IMG/VR virus record: IMGVR_UViG_3300005573_000062
Location: 32,001 to 96,000 of that record
From: a virus
Direction: 5' to 3' (one strand)
DNA length: 64,000 nt
Both the position numbers and the translations under genes were made by a program. Position 1 is the first letter of the stretch. The number at the start of each line of letters is the position of its first letter. Positions 30,065 to 40,193 of the stretch are shown here, piece after piece. Under the pieces are notes generated by a model, which saw only the letters and a list, made by a program, of their open reading frames with translations, had not been told where the DNA came from and searched no databases.

Positions 30065-31478
30065 AATGTCAATTAAGGACAAGGTATATATTGATATCCG
30101 GGAGAACCGTGAATTGTACAACACTCTTAGTGTTCTCGGGATCTCTCCTAACCCTCTTTTCTATCTACGAAAAAAAATAGCTTCGCTAGCTAATGAACCT
30201 CAATACCTTTTCTCAGTAATGTCGAACCCTGAACAAACTTTTTTGGCTTTCTATCGAGGATTGCTTCCTAGAATAATAGAAACTCTGCAAGAAAGAAATA
30301 TTCCGTTTGAAATACTGGATTACCGGGTAAAAGGAGAGTCTATCAACATCTTTATTAAACCTTCTGTCAATCTTTTCGACTATCAAAGCAGAGCATTAGA
30401 GAAACTATCTAAATTAGAAAATGCAATTCTTGTATCTGAATGCGGTTCAGGAAAAACAGTAATGGGAGTAGCTTTAATAAGCACATTTAAAGTATCAACC
30501 TTAATTATTGTGCCAACTCTTCAAATTCAACAACAATGGAAAACTTCGCTGATAAAAATGACGGATATAAAAAGAAAAGATATAGGGATGATAGGACAGG
30601 GGATATCTAATCTTTCTAAAATAACTATTTCTACTTATCAAAGTTTGGAAAGGATGGAACCGAAGCAATTAGAAGAATTAAATGCTAAATTTGGATGCTT
30701 GATTGTAGACGAGGCCCATCGGGTATCTGCCAGGATTCTTTGTGAAGTAGCTAACAAATCTCCTGCTTTCTATCGTTTTGGATTTACTGCAACGCCACAA
30801 AGAAAAGATCAAAAAGACATACTTATATTTAATTCAATCAGCCATAATATTATCGACGTTAAATCTGAAGAACTACAAAAAGCAGGACGTCTAATTATTC
30901 CTTCTGTCAGATTTGTTAAAATAAATACAGGAATCCAGATTACTGAGTGTTATCGTTGGAATGGAGCTGAGAAGGTTGTTGAGAAAGATTGGACTACTTT
31001 ATTTACTAGACTGACCGAGTCTACAACTAGAACAAACATTATTTTGGACAATATAGAAAAAACAGTTTTAGAAAATCACATATGTTTAGTATTAACGAAT
31101 CGTAAAGCTTATTGCGAATATTTATCTAGAAAGTTAAATGAAAGAGGAATATCTTCAAATTACATAAATGGGCACATTGCAAAAAGCGATCGAGAAGCAA
31201 TTTTAAAGAATATGGGATCTAAAATAAAAGTTTTATTTTCTACATACCAATTGGCGAGTGAAGGGCTGGATGTTCCAATTCTTTCTTGCCTGCATCTTAT
31301 TTCGCCAACTTCCAACGAGAACTTAGTCAAACAGGCATCAGGGAGAGTTCGTAGAGCAATCGAAGGCAAGAAAGCTTTAATAATAGATTATGTAGATGAG
31401 GATAGCAAAGAATTATTTAATATGTATAAGCTCAGACGACGTTATTACAAAAAATTTGGATTTGTCATTGAAAATTAA
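30039..31478 (+). CDS. superfamily 2 helicase (UvsW/XPB-like)
   Basis: YQ, CGSGKT, DEAH, TAT, EGLDVP, QASGRVRR; likely start ATG 30039. Confidence 0.9.
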   Translation: MQNDIKIVKMSIKDKVYIDIRENRELYNTLSVLGISPNPLFYLRKKIASLANEPQYLFSVMSNPEQTFLAFYRGLLPRIIETLQERNIPFEILDYRVKGESINIFIKPSVNLFDYQSRALEKLSKLENAILVSECGSGKTVMGVALISTFKVSTLIIVPTLQIQQQWKTSLIKMTDIKRKDIGMIGQGISNLSKITISTYQSLERMEPKQLEELNAKFGCLIVDEAHRVSARILCEVANKSPAFYRFGFTATPQRKDQKDILIFNSISHNIIDVKSEELQKAGRLIIPSVRFVKINTGIQITECYRWNGAEKVVEKDWTTLFTRLTESTTRTNIILDNIEKTVLENHICLVLTNRKAYCEYLSRKLNERGISSNYINGHIAKSDREAILKNMGSKIKVLFSTYQLASEGLDVPILSCLHLISPTSNENLVKQASGRVRRAIEGKKALIIDYVDEDSKELFNMYKLRRRYYKKFGFVIEN

Positions 31479-31496
31479 TTGAAATTCATATATAAT
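31468..31496 (+). promoter_or_regulatory. sigma70-type promoter
   Basis: TTGAAA-17-TATAAT, then AGGAGG. Confidence 0.75.
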
Positions 31497-31518
31497 ATCA
31501 AAGATAGTAGGAGGTTCA

Positions 31519-31767
31519 ATGGATGTAACGATAATAAAACATGGGGTTCCAATAAAAATAGAAGTAACGGAGAAAGAGTATCTAGACATATTGAGAAAGT
31601 GGATCAGTCTTGTGATATACAATATCAATAATATTCTAAGTCTTATCCCTGTGGATTGGTCTCCTGAACTAAGATCAGAAATAATAAGTAAAGCTATTAA
31701 ACCGTTTCACTATTTTTTACAAGAGGAATTAGAGAGACAATATGACGTCAACAAAACACTTCTTTGA
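31519..31767 (+). CDS. hypothetical protein
   Basis: Promoter and RBS present. Confidence 0.7.
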   Translation: MDVTIIKHGVPIKIEVTEKEYLDILRKWISLVIYNINNILSLIPVDWSPELRSEIISKAIKPFHYFLQEELERQYDVNKTLL

Positions 31768-32518
31768 TTTACGTTCAGTCAGAAAAATCAACGTCAATGA
31801 AAAAGTCATTGAATGTGAAGTTGAATGTGAAAAATGCCAGTATTTAAAATTATGCAATGAAATTTCTACTGAAAAATTTCAATATAAATTATTTTCTAAA
31901 ACATTTGGAAGTTACTTGATTAAAAATAACGTCATATTTCCTGTTATTAAAGAAGATCAGAAAACAACTGAATTGATGTATAAAATGTTATTAAAAATTT
32001 ACATTTCAACTAATTATAATGAAAATGTTAATTCTTATACTCTTTCTAAGTTCTTGGAAATTTCTGTTTATTCTGTTAGACAATTGATAGAGAAGTTGAA
32101 TAAATATATGGATACATCTAAAAATCGTTTTATTTACTCTTTTAATAAAGAGTGCGGCACTTTTGTGAAGCTTTATATCACTGAATTCAATAAACGGTTT
32201 AGTCATCCTCCTTTAGTTTCTGCGGTCGACGCTAATTTATTTATTCCATTAGTTAAAGATTATTCTCCTTTATTGTTAGAAAAGATAATCCAGGCCTTCT
32301 TTAATTCTACTGATCCTTTTGTGATTAATAGCGGTTTTTCTTTGAAGTCGTTATATTATAGGTTTAATTATTATCTTATTAAAGCCAACGCAGAAGTTTT
32401 ATCTAAAATGTCTCCAGAAAAAATAAATGAATATTTAGAAGGCAAACGAAATGGAAGATGGACTGGCACCGAAGAATGGGCTAAACCTTACGAAGAAGCG
32501 CTTAAAAAGATGCTATGA
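31742..32518 (+). CDS. putative replication initiator/replisome organiser
   Basis: Cys cluster, HTH-like YTLSKFLEISVYSVRQLIEKL; directly upstream of DnaC-DnaB-DnaG. Confidence 0.45.
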   Translation: MTSTKHFFDLRSVRKINVNEKVIECEVECEKCQYLKLCNEISTEKFQYKLFSKTFGSYLIKNNVIFPVIKEDQKTTELMYKMLLKIYISTNYNENVNSYTLSKFLEISVYSVRQLIEKLNKYMDTSKNRFIYSFNKECGTFVKLYITEFNKRFSHPPLVSAVDANLFIPLVKDYSPLLLEKIIQAFFNSTDPFVINSGFSLKSLYYRFNYYLIKANAEVLSKMSPEKINEYLEGKRNGRWTGTEEWAKPYEEALKKML

Positions 32519-33177
32519 ATAAAAAAGATTTTTTTGAAACTCTTAAAAAAGAGTTATTAAATTCGTGCACAACATGTGGGCATACTGGGTGGATAAATCA
32601 ATCAACGATGTGTCAGTGTTTGAAAAAATTAGATCGATATTGCACACTCGACGAGTCTGGGATAGCACGAGAATTCTGGGATATTGATATTGAGAAATGG
32701 AACGGTTCTCCTTTAGTCAAAGATTCTTTTATCAGCATTTACAATAACATTCATAGTATGTATGACAACAATCGTAGTTTTCTTATGATTGGAGATCCTT
32801 CTATTGATAAAACCTTTCTCGGAATGTGTTTACTCATCAAACTTTTTGATTTAAATCATTCAATATTTTATAGTTCCATGATGGATTTTTCTAAGATCAT
32901 TAAAGATCGAATATCAAGTACTATAACAGGAGAAAGTTTTAGTGAAAATTATCTTTTTAAAGATGTTTTATGTATAGATGAGATAGGTCGAGAATATACT
33001 CCTCCAACTGGAAATAATTTTTTAATTGCAGAATTTGGTTCGTTGCTGTCCAATAGATATAAAAATAGAAGGCCGACTATTTTAATTAGTGATTTTGATG
33101 AGAGTTTTTTAAATCAAAAATATAACAATATTATTCCAGTTTCTCTTAGAACGTCATTGACTATAATTAATTTATGA
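32515..33177 (+). CDS. DnaC/IstB-like helicase loader
   Basis: Zn motif CTTC..CQC, degenerate Walker A GDPSIDKT, LCIDEIGRE, RY...RPTILIS. Confidence 0.8.
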   Translation: MNKKDFFETLKKELLNSCTTCGHTGWINQSTMCQCLKKLDRYCTLDESGIAREFWDIDIEKWNGSPLVKDSFISIYNNIHSMYDNNRSFLMIGDPSIDKTFLGMCLLIKLFDLNHSIFYSSMMDFSKIIKDRISSTITGESFSENYLFKDVLCIDEIGREYTPPTGNNFLIAEFGSLLSNRYKNRRPTILISDFDESFLNQKYNNIIPVSLRTSLTIINL

Positions 33178-34616
33178 TTGAAGCTATTGAAAAAAAATTT
33201 TTATTATGTATATGTAGAGATCCTGAAAAAATACTCAAGGCGTATGCAGAGGTTCCTTTTAATACTTTACCTACTTCTGAGGGTCGATTTTTTTATGAAA
33301 AAATAATAGATCATTTTAATCAATATAAGACTCTTCCGACGAAAACAGTATTTAAAGTTTGGATTTCTAAGCTTGAGGATGTGGAATTTAAAAGTTCTTT
33401 GATCGCATATTTTGAATCTTTTTCTACGACTACAATTCAGGATGGTGAATTTCAATTTTATGTGGACTCTCTTAAAAAAAATAAAATATATAATGACGCT
33501 TTAGATACTATAGAAAGATTTTCTAATACGATAGAAAAAGATAAAATTGTAGATCAGATTAATGATCTTCAAAATGAATTATCTAGAATAGGATCATCTT
33601 CAAATAAAAAAGTAGATTATTACAATTTATCTGAGAACGTTAATGATCAAATACGATCTTTTCATTGCTCGACTGAAACAAATAAAGGAATCCCAACTCC
33701 TATTGAAGCACTAAATAATGCAATCGGAGGATTAAAACCTGCTCAACTTAATATTATTGCAGGGGTATCTGGTTCTGGAAAGTCCATCTTTCTATTAAAT
33801 TTTTCTGAGTATGCATATCGTTTGGGTTATAATGTTGCATATTTTACTATTGAAATGTCATATCAGGATTGTTTGAATCGCTATCATTCTTTGATAACAC
33901 AGTTTCCAGCTAATTCAATTTTGCACTCAACTCTTTCAGATGAGGATAAGAGATTATTTTATCACAAATTATACGATTATCATATAATAGATAAAGGATC
34001 TAAAAAGAAGTTAAATGAAATTTTTAAAAAAGATTTGACAGAACTTGGGATTTCTCCTACTGAGGAAGAAATTAAGATATATGGAAATGAGGCTAAAAAG
34101 TATTCAATAAATAGATTATTTGAGCATGTTAAAGATTTAACTTTTAGACCTAACAAATTTTTTATAATCGATGCTATGTTTGGTTTGTCTGCATATCATT
34201 TAAAAAGTCATATAAATAATTTATCTAGAAAAGGGAATGTTGATTTAATAGTAGTAGATTATTTGAATCTGATGAATTCTGGATTGAGAGGACTGCAGGA
34301 TTGGGAAGATGCTAAACATGTTTCTAGAGCTTTAAAAACTATAGCTAGAGAATTTAATCTTCCTGTTTTAACTGCAGTTCAATTGAATAATGCAACAAAA
34401 GGCGAAAAGATAACTCAGAATGATGTTAGATATAGCAAAGCAATTAATGAAAACGCAGATAATGTTATAGCCTTTAAGAGAAACGACAAGGATGAACTTC
34501 TCAATATAATAAGATTAGAATTGATTAAGCATAGACATGGTAAGTCTGAAATTATTACAGTCAAAGAAGATTTTAATAGGATATCAATACAGGACGTTAA
34601 AATCAATGGACATTAA
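33174..34616 (+). CDS. dnaB: replicative DNA helicase
   Basis: GVSGSGKS, FTIEMS, VVDYLNLM, SRALK.IARE, TAVQLN, K.RHG. Confidence 0.9.
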   Translation: MIEAIEKKFLLCICRDPEKILKAYAEVPFNTLPTSEGRFFYEKIIDHFNQYKTLPTKTVFKVWISKLEDVEFKSSLIAYFESFSTTTIQDGEFQFYVDSLKKNKIYNDALDTIERFSNTIEKDKIVDQINDLQNELSRIGSSSNKKVDYYNLSENVNDQIRSFHCSTETNKGIPTPIEALNNAIGGLKPAQLNIIAGVSGSGKSIFLLNFSEYAYRLGYNVAYFTIEMSYQDCLNRYHSLITQFPANSILHSTLSDEDKRLFYHKLYDYHIIDKGSKKKLNEIFKKDLTELGISPTEEEIKIYGNEAKKYSINRLFEHVKDLTFRPNKFFIIDAMFGLSAYHLKSHINNLSRKGNVDLIVVDYLNLMNSGLRGLQDWEDAKHVSRALKTIAREFNLPVLTAVQLNNATKGEKITQNDVRYSKAINENADNVIAFKRNDKDELLNIIRLELIKHRHGKSEIITVKEDFNRISIQDVKINGH

Positions 34617-35565
34617 AGGAATATTAAAATCATATAATATCGAGATAAGCGGAGAAAGAGAATTTGACTATGATTGTTTTTGTCCATTTCATCCAGATGA
34701 TCATAGTTCTTTTTCAATACATAAAACAAAAGGCATTTGGTTGTGTAGAGCTGGGTGTGGTAGTGGAAATATTCGTCAATTTATAATGAGAATGGATAAA
34801 TGTTCCAAGGAGGAAGCAGATAAAAAGATAGAAAAATTTTCAAATAAAGTAGATAATATAGTAGAAAGAATTCGATCAAAAAGACAATTAACTTTTATTC
34901 CAACCGTTTTCGATCATCCTGTTGTGAAATTGCCAGATGAATTTATTCCATTTGAAAATATTCTAGAACCTACTCCATATCATAATTATATAAATGCTAG
35001 GATTGGTTTAGATACTGCAGTTAGATTTGGTTTAGGATATTGCCCTACTGGATTTTTTAAACATAGAATAATAATTCCAATAACTTTTGATAAAAAGATA
35101 ATAGGTTTCAGTGGAAGAAGTTTATATCATACTGGTGTTCGATATATGTTGTCTTATAGATTTCCTTCTAATTCTAGTTTATTTTGTTATGATGAACCCA
35201 CAGATGGCACTGCTTATTTATCTGAATCAATATTTGATACCCTTACTTTATATCGTTGGGGTTTTTCTTCTGTATATGCAACATTTGGAGCTCGTATTTC
35301 TTATAATCACATTTTGTTATTGATACGAAAAGGAGTCAAACATTTAAAAATATTGTTTCACAATGATAAAGCTGGAATTGCTGGGGTTCAAAATGCTCTT
35401 CCTCTTTTAAAAGTTCATTTTTTAGTGGAGATAGGGATTCTTCCTTTGGATAGAGATATAAATGAAATGACATCTGATGAATTTAGTAGCATACAGTGGA
35501 AGAAAGTTAACGATAAAGTAAATAAGGTCAAAAGGAGATTGCAATGGAAACGAAACCAAAGCTGA
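34606..35565 (+). CDS. dnaG: DNA primase (CHC2 zinc finger + TOPRIM)
   Basis: CPFHPD..SF...C..GC; RIIIPI..GFSGR; ESIFD; likely start ATG 34606. Confidence 0.85.
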   Translation: MDIKGILKSYNIEISGEREFDYDCFCPFHPDDHSSFSIHKTKGIWLCRAGCGSGNIRQFIMRMDKCSKEEADKKIEKFSNKVDNIVERIRSKRQLTFIPTVFDHPVVKLPDEFIPFENILEPTPYHNYINARIGLDTAVRFGLGYCPTGFFKHRIIIPITFDKKIIGFSGRSLYHTGVRYMLSYRFPSNSSLFCYDEPTDGTAYLSESIFDTLTLYRWGFSSVYATFGARISYNHILLLIRKGVKHLKILFHNDKAGIAGVQNALPLLKVHFLVEIGILPLDRDINEMTSDEFSSIQWKKVNDKVNKVKRRLQWKRNQS

Positions 35566-36308
35566 GAATTTCAGCTAGTGCGATTAATGATTTTAAGAGA
35601 TGTCCATATTCGTTTAAATTAGGTTATATCGATAAAGTCAGACCTGTTTTTACTGATAATGTTTATACTGCATTTGGAAAAGCGATTCATTCTACCATCC
35701 AAGAATTCGTGGATACAACTGACAAGGATTTTAAAGTGTTGGAAGAGTTATATAAGAAAAATTTTGAAAACAATAGAAAATTATTAAAACGTACTTCTGA
35801 CATTGACAAATACGGAGAGTTTTTTGAAAAAGGATTAAAACATTTAAATACATATTATGAATATGAAGTGTTAAGTAACCGATATAAATATTTGTCTTTA
35901 AATGAAAAGAAGTTGACTGTTGATTTTCAAGATTTCATAGTTGTTGGTGTTATAGATCGTCTATATAGAAAAAATAACCAAATTGTTTTATTGGATTTTA
36001 AGACTGGGGCCAAATTTCCTACTCAAGAGGATTTAGATTCCAATGTTCAATTAACTATGTATTCTTTTCTGTTACACAAAAATTATGATTATATTCCTAC
36101 AGAATCTCGATTATTTTTTCTGGAGTCTAATTTAGTTATGAAGACGGTCCGGACTTTTGAAGATCTTTTAAAATTTGAGAAATATCTGATTGATTTTTAT
36201 AATACTGTGATCAATATGAAAGAGTGGGCATTTGATTCTACTAAATGTTTTTGGTGTGCTTTTTCTAAGAATTGTGATAAATGTGTAGAAAAAATTAAAA
36301 TTTTGTAA
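35544..36308 (+). CDS. Cas4/RecB-like PD-(D/E)XK exonuclease
   Basis: CP, G.AIH, GVIDR, DFKTG, QL..Y and C-terminal CFWC.....C (Fe-S ligands). Confidence 0.85.
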   Translation: METKPKLRISASAINDFKRCPYSFKLGYIDKVRPVFTDNVYTAFGKAIHSTIQEFVDTTDKDFKVLEELYKKNFENNRKLLKRTSDIDKYGEFFEKGLKHLNTYYEYEVLSNRYKYLSLNEKKLTVDFQDFIVVGVIDRLYRKNNQIVLLDFKTGAKFPTQEDLDSNVQLTMYSFLLHKNYDYIPTESRLFFLESNLVMKTVRTFEDLLKFEKYLIDFYNTVINMKEWAFDSTKCFWCAFSKNCDKCVEKIKIL

Positions 36309-36314
36309 TATCGA

Positions 36315-36343
36315 TTGAACGAATTGTGGATTTTTTATATAAT
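36315..36343 (+). promoter_or_regulatory. sigma70-type promoter
   Basis: TTGAAC-17-TATAAT. Confidence 0.7.
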
Positions 36344-36412
36344 AATAAACAGAACTATGTTGAAAAGTTTTTAGACGCAAATTGTAGTTTAGTAAAAGAA
36401 AGGAGGAAATAG

Positions 36413-37072
36413 ATGAGAGTAAAAGAGGACTTAAGGCCCCAGAAGTTATATCCTGAAGAGGGGAAAACACATTATGGGGTCATAACAGAGTATAAGTATC
36501 AAACCTTTTCATCTAGAGCTACTGGAAAACCTTTAAAAGGTTTACGTATTATGATCAGACCAAATGATCCTAAATATACTTCAGTTACTGCTTTTGGATG
36601 GATAGGAGAAGACGAACAAGGTCTTTATATATACAAGGGGTCTAGATTAGAAGAATGGATAAAAAGAATTTTAAATGTTCCAGATCTATCTAATATTCGT
36701 TTAGATTCTATTATTGGAGCACCTTGTTTATTTACAGTTAAGTTTACCCAAGGCGAAAACCCTGAAACTCATGCAGTGAGGCAATTTTGCAACGTCAGTG
36801 ATATAATGTCATTACCTAACAACATTCCAGTTATGCCTACTATACCAACAGGAGTTAATCAGTCTTCTACTCCTGACATGAATGTATATTATCCAGGAAC
36901 ACCAGCTCATCAGAACGTTGTTAATCCTGCTGTGCATACGGGTTCTCCGGTTAAACCTAATATTCCTGTTGCTCAAGTACCTCAGACCCCCCAAGTTCAG
37001 AGTCCTGTCCCAACTGGAATTCCTGTAAAAAATAAGGTTTCTGATGCTTTAAATGATGGAGATTTATTATGA
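36413..37072 (+). CDS. putative single-stranded DNA-binding protein
   Basis: OB-like N-terminal domain, Pro/Gln-rich linker, acidic-hydrophobic end (DGDLL); next to recombination genes. Confidence 0.55.
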   Translation: MRVKEDLRPQKLYPEEGKTHYGVITEYKYQTFSSRATGKPLKGLRIMIRPNDPKYTSVTAFGWIGEDEQGLYIYKGSRLEEWIKRILNVPDLSNIRLDSIIGAPCLFTVKFTQGENPETHAVRQFCNVSDIMSLPNNIPVMPTIPTGVNQSSTPDMNVYYPGTPAHQNVVNPAVHTGSPVKPNIPVAQVPQTPQVQSPVPTGIPVKNKVSDALNDGDLL

Positions 37073-37569
37073 CAGCTGAAGAACGAAAAGATAGATTAAA
37101 CGAAATCTCTAAGTATACGGTTTCCATACCTTCAAATCCAGATACACAAGGTTACACTGCTTTGTTTCAAATACTAAGTGCCTTGTCGAGTTATTATGAT
37201 AGGGTTTGTAGTATCCTTAGAGAAGGGATAGAGGATAAATTCAGAGTTGAGAAACAAATAGCATTGGCCAGAGAAGAGTATGAGAATGAAAAAAATGCAA
37301 TGTTATTAAAAGATGAAATTAGAATACTAAAATCATCTGAACTTCGTGTTGCTGCTGTAGACGTTCAACTTGTTAATAAAAGGAAGAAAATAACTCAACA
37401 TGAAATAGATCTGCAGGAAGTACAGACCTTTATTAACGAGGTTAGTCTCGTTTTTGAAGGGATAAAAGATAAGATACGAACGATAAAAAGACAGATCGAA
37501 ATTGGAGTTCTGATGAACGGCATCGGAGAAATAGGAAAAAGTGATATAGATAAAAAAATAAGAATATAG
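37069..37569 (+). CDS. UvsY-like recombination mediator
   Basis: Helical coiled-coil protein between SSB and RecA. Confidence 0.4.
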   Translation: MTAEERKDRLNEISKYTVSIPSNPDTQGYTALFQILSALSSYYDRVCSILREGIEDKFRVEKQIALAREEYENEKNAMLLKDEIRILKSSELRVAAVDVQLVNKRKKITQHEIDLQEVQTFINEVSLVFEGIKDKIRTIKRQIEIGVLMNGIGEIGKSDIDKKIRI

Positions 37570-37570
37570 T

Positions 37571-37604
37571 CCCCCTATTCGGGGGTCTTAATTGGCCCCC
37601 GAAT
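37571..37604 (+). promoter_or_regulatory. GC-rich alternative hairpins upstream of recA
   Basis: CCCCC-TATTC-GGGGG-TCTTAATTGG-CCCCC-GAAT. Confidence 0.55.
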
Positions 37605-37619
37605 CAACAAGAGATCAAT

Positions 37620-38594
37620 ATGGAAAAACACGACTTGAAAAAGTTATCTGAATATATAAAAGAAAAATACGGCGAAGATACATTAATTTTACCAGGAACT
37701 AAGCATGAATTCTATTCAACTGGATCAATTGGTTTAGATATTGCGATAGGTGGTGGTCTTCCAAAAGGTAGAATATGTGATTATTATGGACTTCCTAGTG
37801 CAGGTAAAAGTATGCTTTCTTTATCTGCGATTGCTCAGGTTCAAAAGAATAATGGTGTTTGTGCTTATATCGATGCTGAAAATGCTTTTGATGAACGTTG
37901 GGCGAAAGTTTTGGGTGTAGATTTAAGTCCAGAAAGATTAATACGTATAAATCCATCACACGGAGAGCAAGTATTTGATTTGACAGAAGAGTTTATAAAA
38001 TGCGGAATAGACTTAATTGTCATTGATTCGACTGCTGCTTTGATTCCTTTGGAATTAGTTGAAAGGTCAATGGAAGATGCTTCATTAATAGGATTACAAG
38101 CTAGGTTAATTTCAAAAGGGCTTCAAAAAATAACTCCTTTGGTTTCTAAAGCTAAATCGATAGTCTTGTTCGTTAACCAGGTGAGAAAAAACATCGGTGG
38201 GAATCCTTATTTGAGAGAAGAGGAAAGTCCCACCGGTGGTTTAGCTTTGGGATTTTATTCTTCAGTCAGAATTAAAATCACTAGAAAAGAACCGATAAAA
38301 GAGAAAGATATTTTATTGGGACATCGAATACACTGTCTGGTCAAGAAGAATAAAATTTCTCCTCCTTTAAAGGAAGCTACTTTTGATCTTTATTATGATA
38401 AAGGAATCGACAATATTTCAGAACTTTTTGATGCTGCAATCAATCTAGGTATTATTGTTAGACCTCCCGATAGTATAAAATATCACTATGGGGATGTAGT
38501 TTTAAAGGGTCAGGAAAAAGTTAAAGAGTGGATAAAAGGCGATCCAAAAGTTCAGGAAGAATTAATTCAAAAAATAACATCTCTATTAAAATGA
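37620..38594 (+). CDS. recA: recombinase RecA
   Basis: STGSIGLDIAIGGGLPKGRI, GLPSAGKS, IDAENA, VIDS, QARL, FVNQVR, TGGLAL.FYSSVR, KNK. Confidence 0.95.
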   Translation: MEKHDLKKLSEYIKEKYGEDTLILPGTKHEFYSTGSIGLDIAIGGGLPKGRICDYYGLPSAGKSMLSLSAIAQVQKNNGVCAYIDAENAFDERWAKVLGVDLSPERLIRINPSHGEQVFDLTEEFIKCGIDLIVIDSTAALIPLELVERSMEDASLIGLQARLISKGLQKITPLVSKAKSIVLFVNQVRKNIGGNPYLREEESPTGGLALGFYSSVRIKITRKEPIKEKDILLGHRIHCLVKKNKISPPLKEATFDLYYDKGIDNISELFDAAINLGIIVRPPDSIKYHYGDVVLKGQEKVKEWIKGDPKVQEELIQKITSLLK

Positions 38595-39100
38595 AAAAAG
38601 ATACATGGTATGTTTTAGAATTCGAAGGTTATAATTACGACAATTTAGCTATAATATATAGAATTTTGTCTGAAAAATTCGGTTCGGAAAATATATTCTA
38701 TAAAACAGTTGACGCAAAAGTGTTAAATAATAAGAAAAGAACTTTTGTTACTAAGAAAATTCCAATCATTTCTAATTATATGTTTATTCGTAGTGATAAT
38801 CCTATTCAGATATTCGATAAAGTAAAAAAGTTATTTGCTAGAGTTAATATGTTAAAGAAAGTAGGAAGTGAAGAATATCAGGAAATATCGGATGAAGAAA
38901 TTAATAACATGAAATGTGATTTTAAAGAGGAATCACGTATTTGGAAAAGAAATGATTTAGTTAAAATTATAACAGGTCCATATTCTGATTTTATAGGTAC
39001 AATTATATCAGTTAAAAAAGATTCAATTAAAGTTAAACTTATTATATTTGACAAAGAATTTAAAATTGTTTTTCCTAAAACAGACGTTGAATTAATATGA
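38591..39100 (+). CDS. NusG-family transcription elongation factor
   Basis: WYVL, PIISNYMFI (NGN domain); KOW VKIITGPYSDFIGTI; likely start ATG 38591. Confidence 0.8.
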   Translation: MKKDTWYVLEFEGYNYDNLAIIYRILSEKFGSENIFYKTVDAKVLNNKKRTFVTKKIPIISNYMFIRSDNPIQIFDKVKKLFARVNMLKKVGSEEYQEISDEEINNMKCDFKEESRIWKRNDLVKIITGPYSDFIGTIISVKKDSIKVKLIIFDKEFKIVFPKTDVELI

Positions 39101-39957
39101 TAAAAGAAATTCATTTAACTAATTTTCAAAGCCATAAAGATACGATTTTAGAACTTCATGAAAATTTGAATGTTATAATTGGATCTTCAAATTCCGGAAA
39201 AAGTTCGATTGTTAGAGCTTTGAAATTTATCTTATTTGGAAAATGGGATCCTTCTTTTATTAAAGACGGTGAAAGTATTTCTAAAGTTTCAATTGTTTTA
39301 GATAATGGATATGCGATAGAAAGAGTAAAAGGAAATAAAAAGAATGAATTAAATATTATTTTTAATGGAACAACTAAGAAATATTCTGGATTCGGATCTA
39401 CTGTTCCTCCTGAAGTAATAAAGATTATAGGTATAGTTCCATTGAATCTGTTAGATAAGGAAGAATTTTTAAATATTGCCGAACAGCACGATTCAATCTT
39501 TCTTTTAACTGAAGGTGGTTCTTTTAGAGCCAAGATATTGAGTAGTATATCTGGATTACATATATTAGATATGATTATAAAAGATTTAAATTCGGAGATA
39601 CGAAATATATCTACTGAGATAAATCGTTTAAAAGATGAAATAGATAAATTTCAAAAAAGGATAGATGATATAAAAGCAAAAGAATTGTTTTTTAATGATA
39701 TTCCTTTATTAAAAAAGCGGATAGATGAACAAAATGAGTTTAGAAGAAATAAAGATATATTTGTTAATCTTAAATATAAGGTTGATGAATATAATTCGAG
39801 AGTGAACGCTAGAAATAATTTATCTAATGAATTAGAAAAATTTAATATAGAAGCGTTGGAAAAGGAATTAGATAAAGCATTATTAGAAATACAAGTATGC
39901 CCAACCTGTGGAAATAATATAAAGGAGGAAAATCTAAAATTCATAAAAAAATCATGA
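39097..39957 (+). CDS. SbcC/Rad50 ATPase, N-terminal half
   Basis: NFQSH, GSSNSGKSS, Q-loop, coiled coil ending in a CPTC zinc hook. Confidence 0.85.
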   Translation: MIKEIHLTNFQSHKDTILELHENLNVIIGSSNSGKSSIVRALKFILFGKWDPSFIKDGESISKVSIVLDNGYAIERVKGNKKNELNIIFNGTTKKYSGFGSTVPPEVIKIIGIVPLNLLDKEEFLNIAEQHDSIFLLTEGGSFRAKILSSISGLHILDMIIKDLNSEIRNISTEINRLKDEIDKFQKRIDDIKAKELFFNDIPLLKKRIDEQNEFRRNKDIFVNLKYKVDEYNSRVNARNNLSNELEKFNIEALEKELDKALLEIQVCPTCGNNIKEENLKFIKKS

Positions 39958-40193
39958 AAAGCCATAATATTACAATTAAATACCCGATACATGAAGTAAT
40001 AGAAAGTTTTGTGGTTGATCGACGAAAGAATACTCTTATTCTATCGTTTCCATGTCAAAAGGTAAAAGAAATATATGTTAATAATAGGATAACAAATTCA
40101 TATGGATTTGTTTCGCCTAATAAAATCATTTTGCCTTTGAAAAGTAAAATTAATTCAGTAGTCATTGTGAAATACCAAATTAAACATGTATAA
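39954..40193 (+). CDS. small beta-rich protein (Ig-like, virion-type)
   Basis: 79 aa; NTLIL..P....EIYVN....Y....NKIIL....VVIVKY pattern resembles the fibre C-terminal domains. Confidence 0.45.
   Translation: MKSHNITIKYPIHEVIESFVVDRRKNTLILSFPCQKVKEIYVNNRITNSYGFVSPNKIILPLKSKINSVVIVKYQIKHV

Noticed and set aside
35544-36308. CRISPR-Cas locus suggested by the Cas4-like nuclease
   Set aside because: No repeat-spacer array or other cas genes were seen; solo Cas4-like nucleases are common in phage replication modules.
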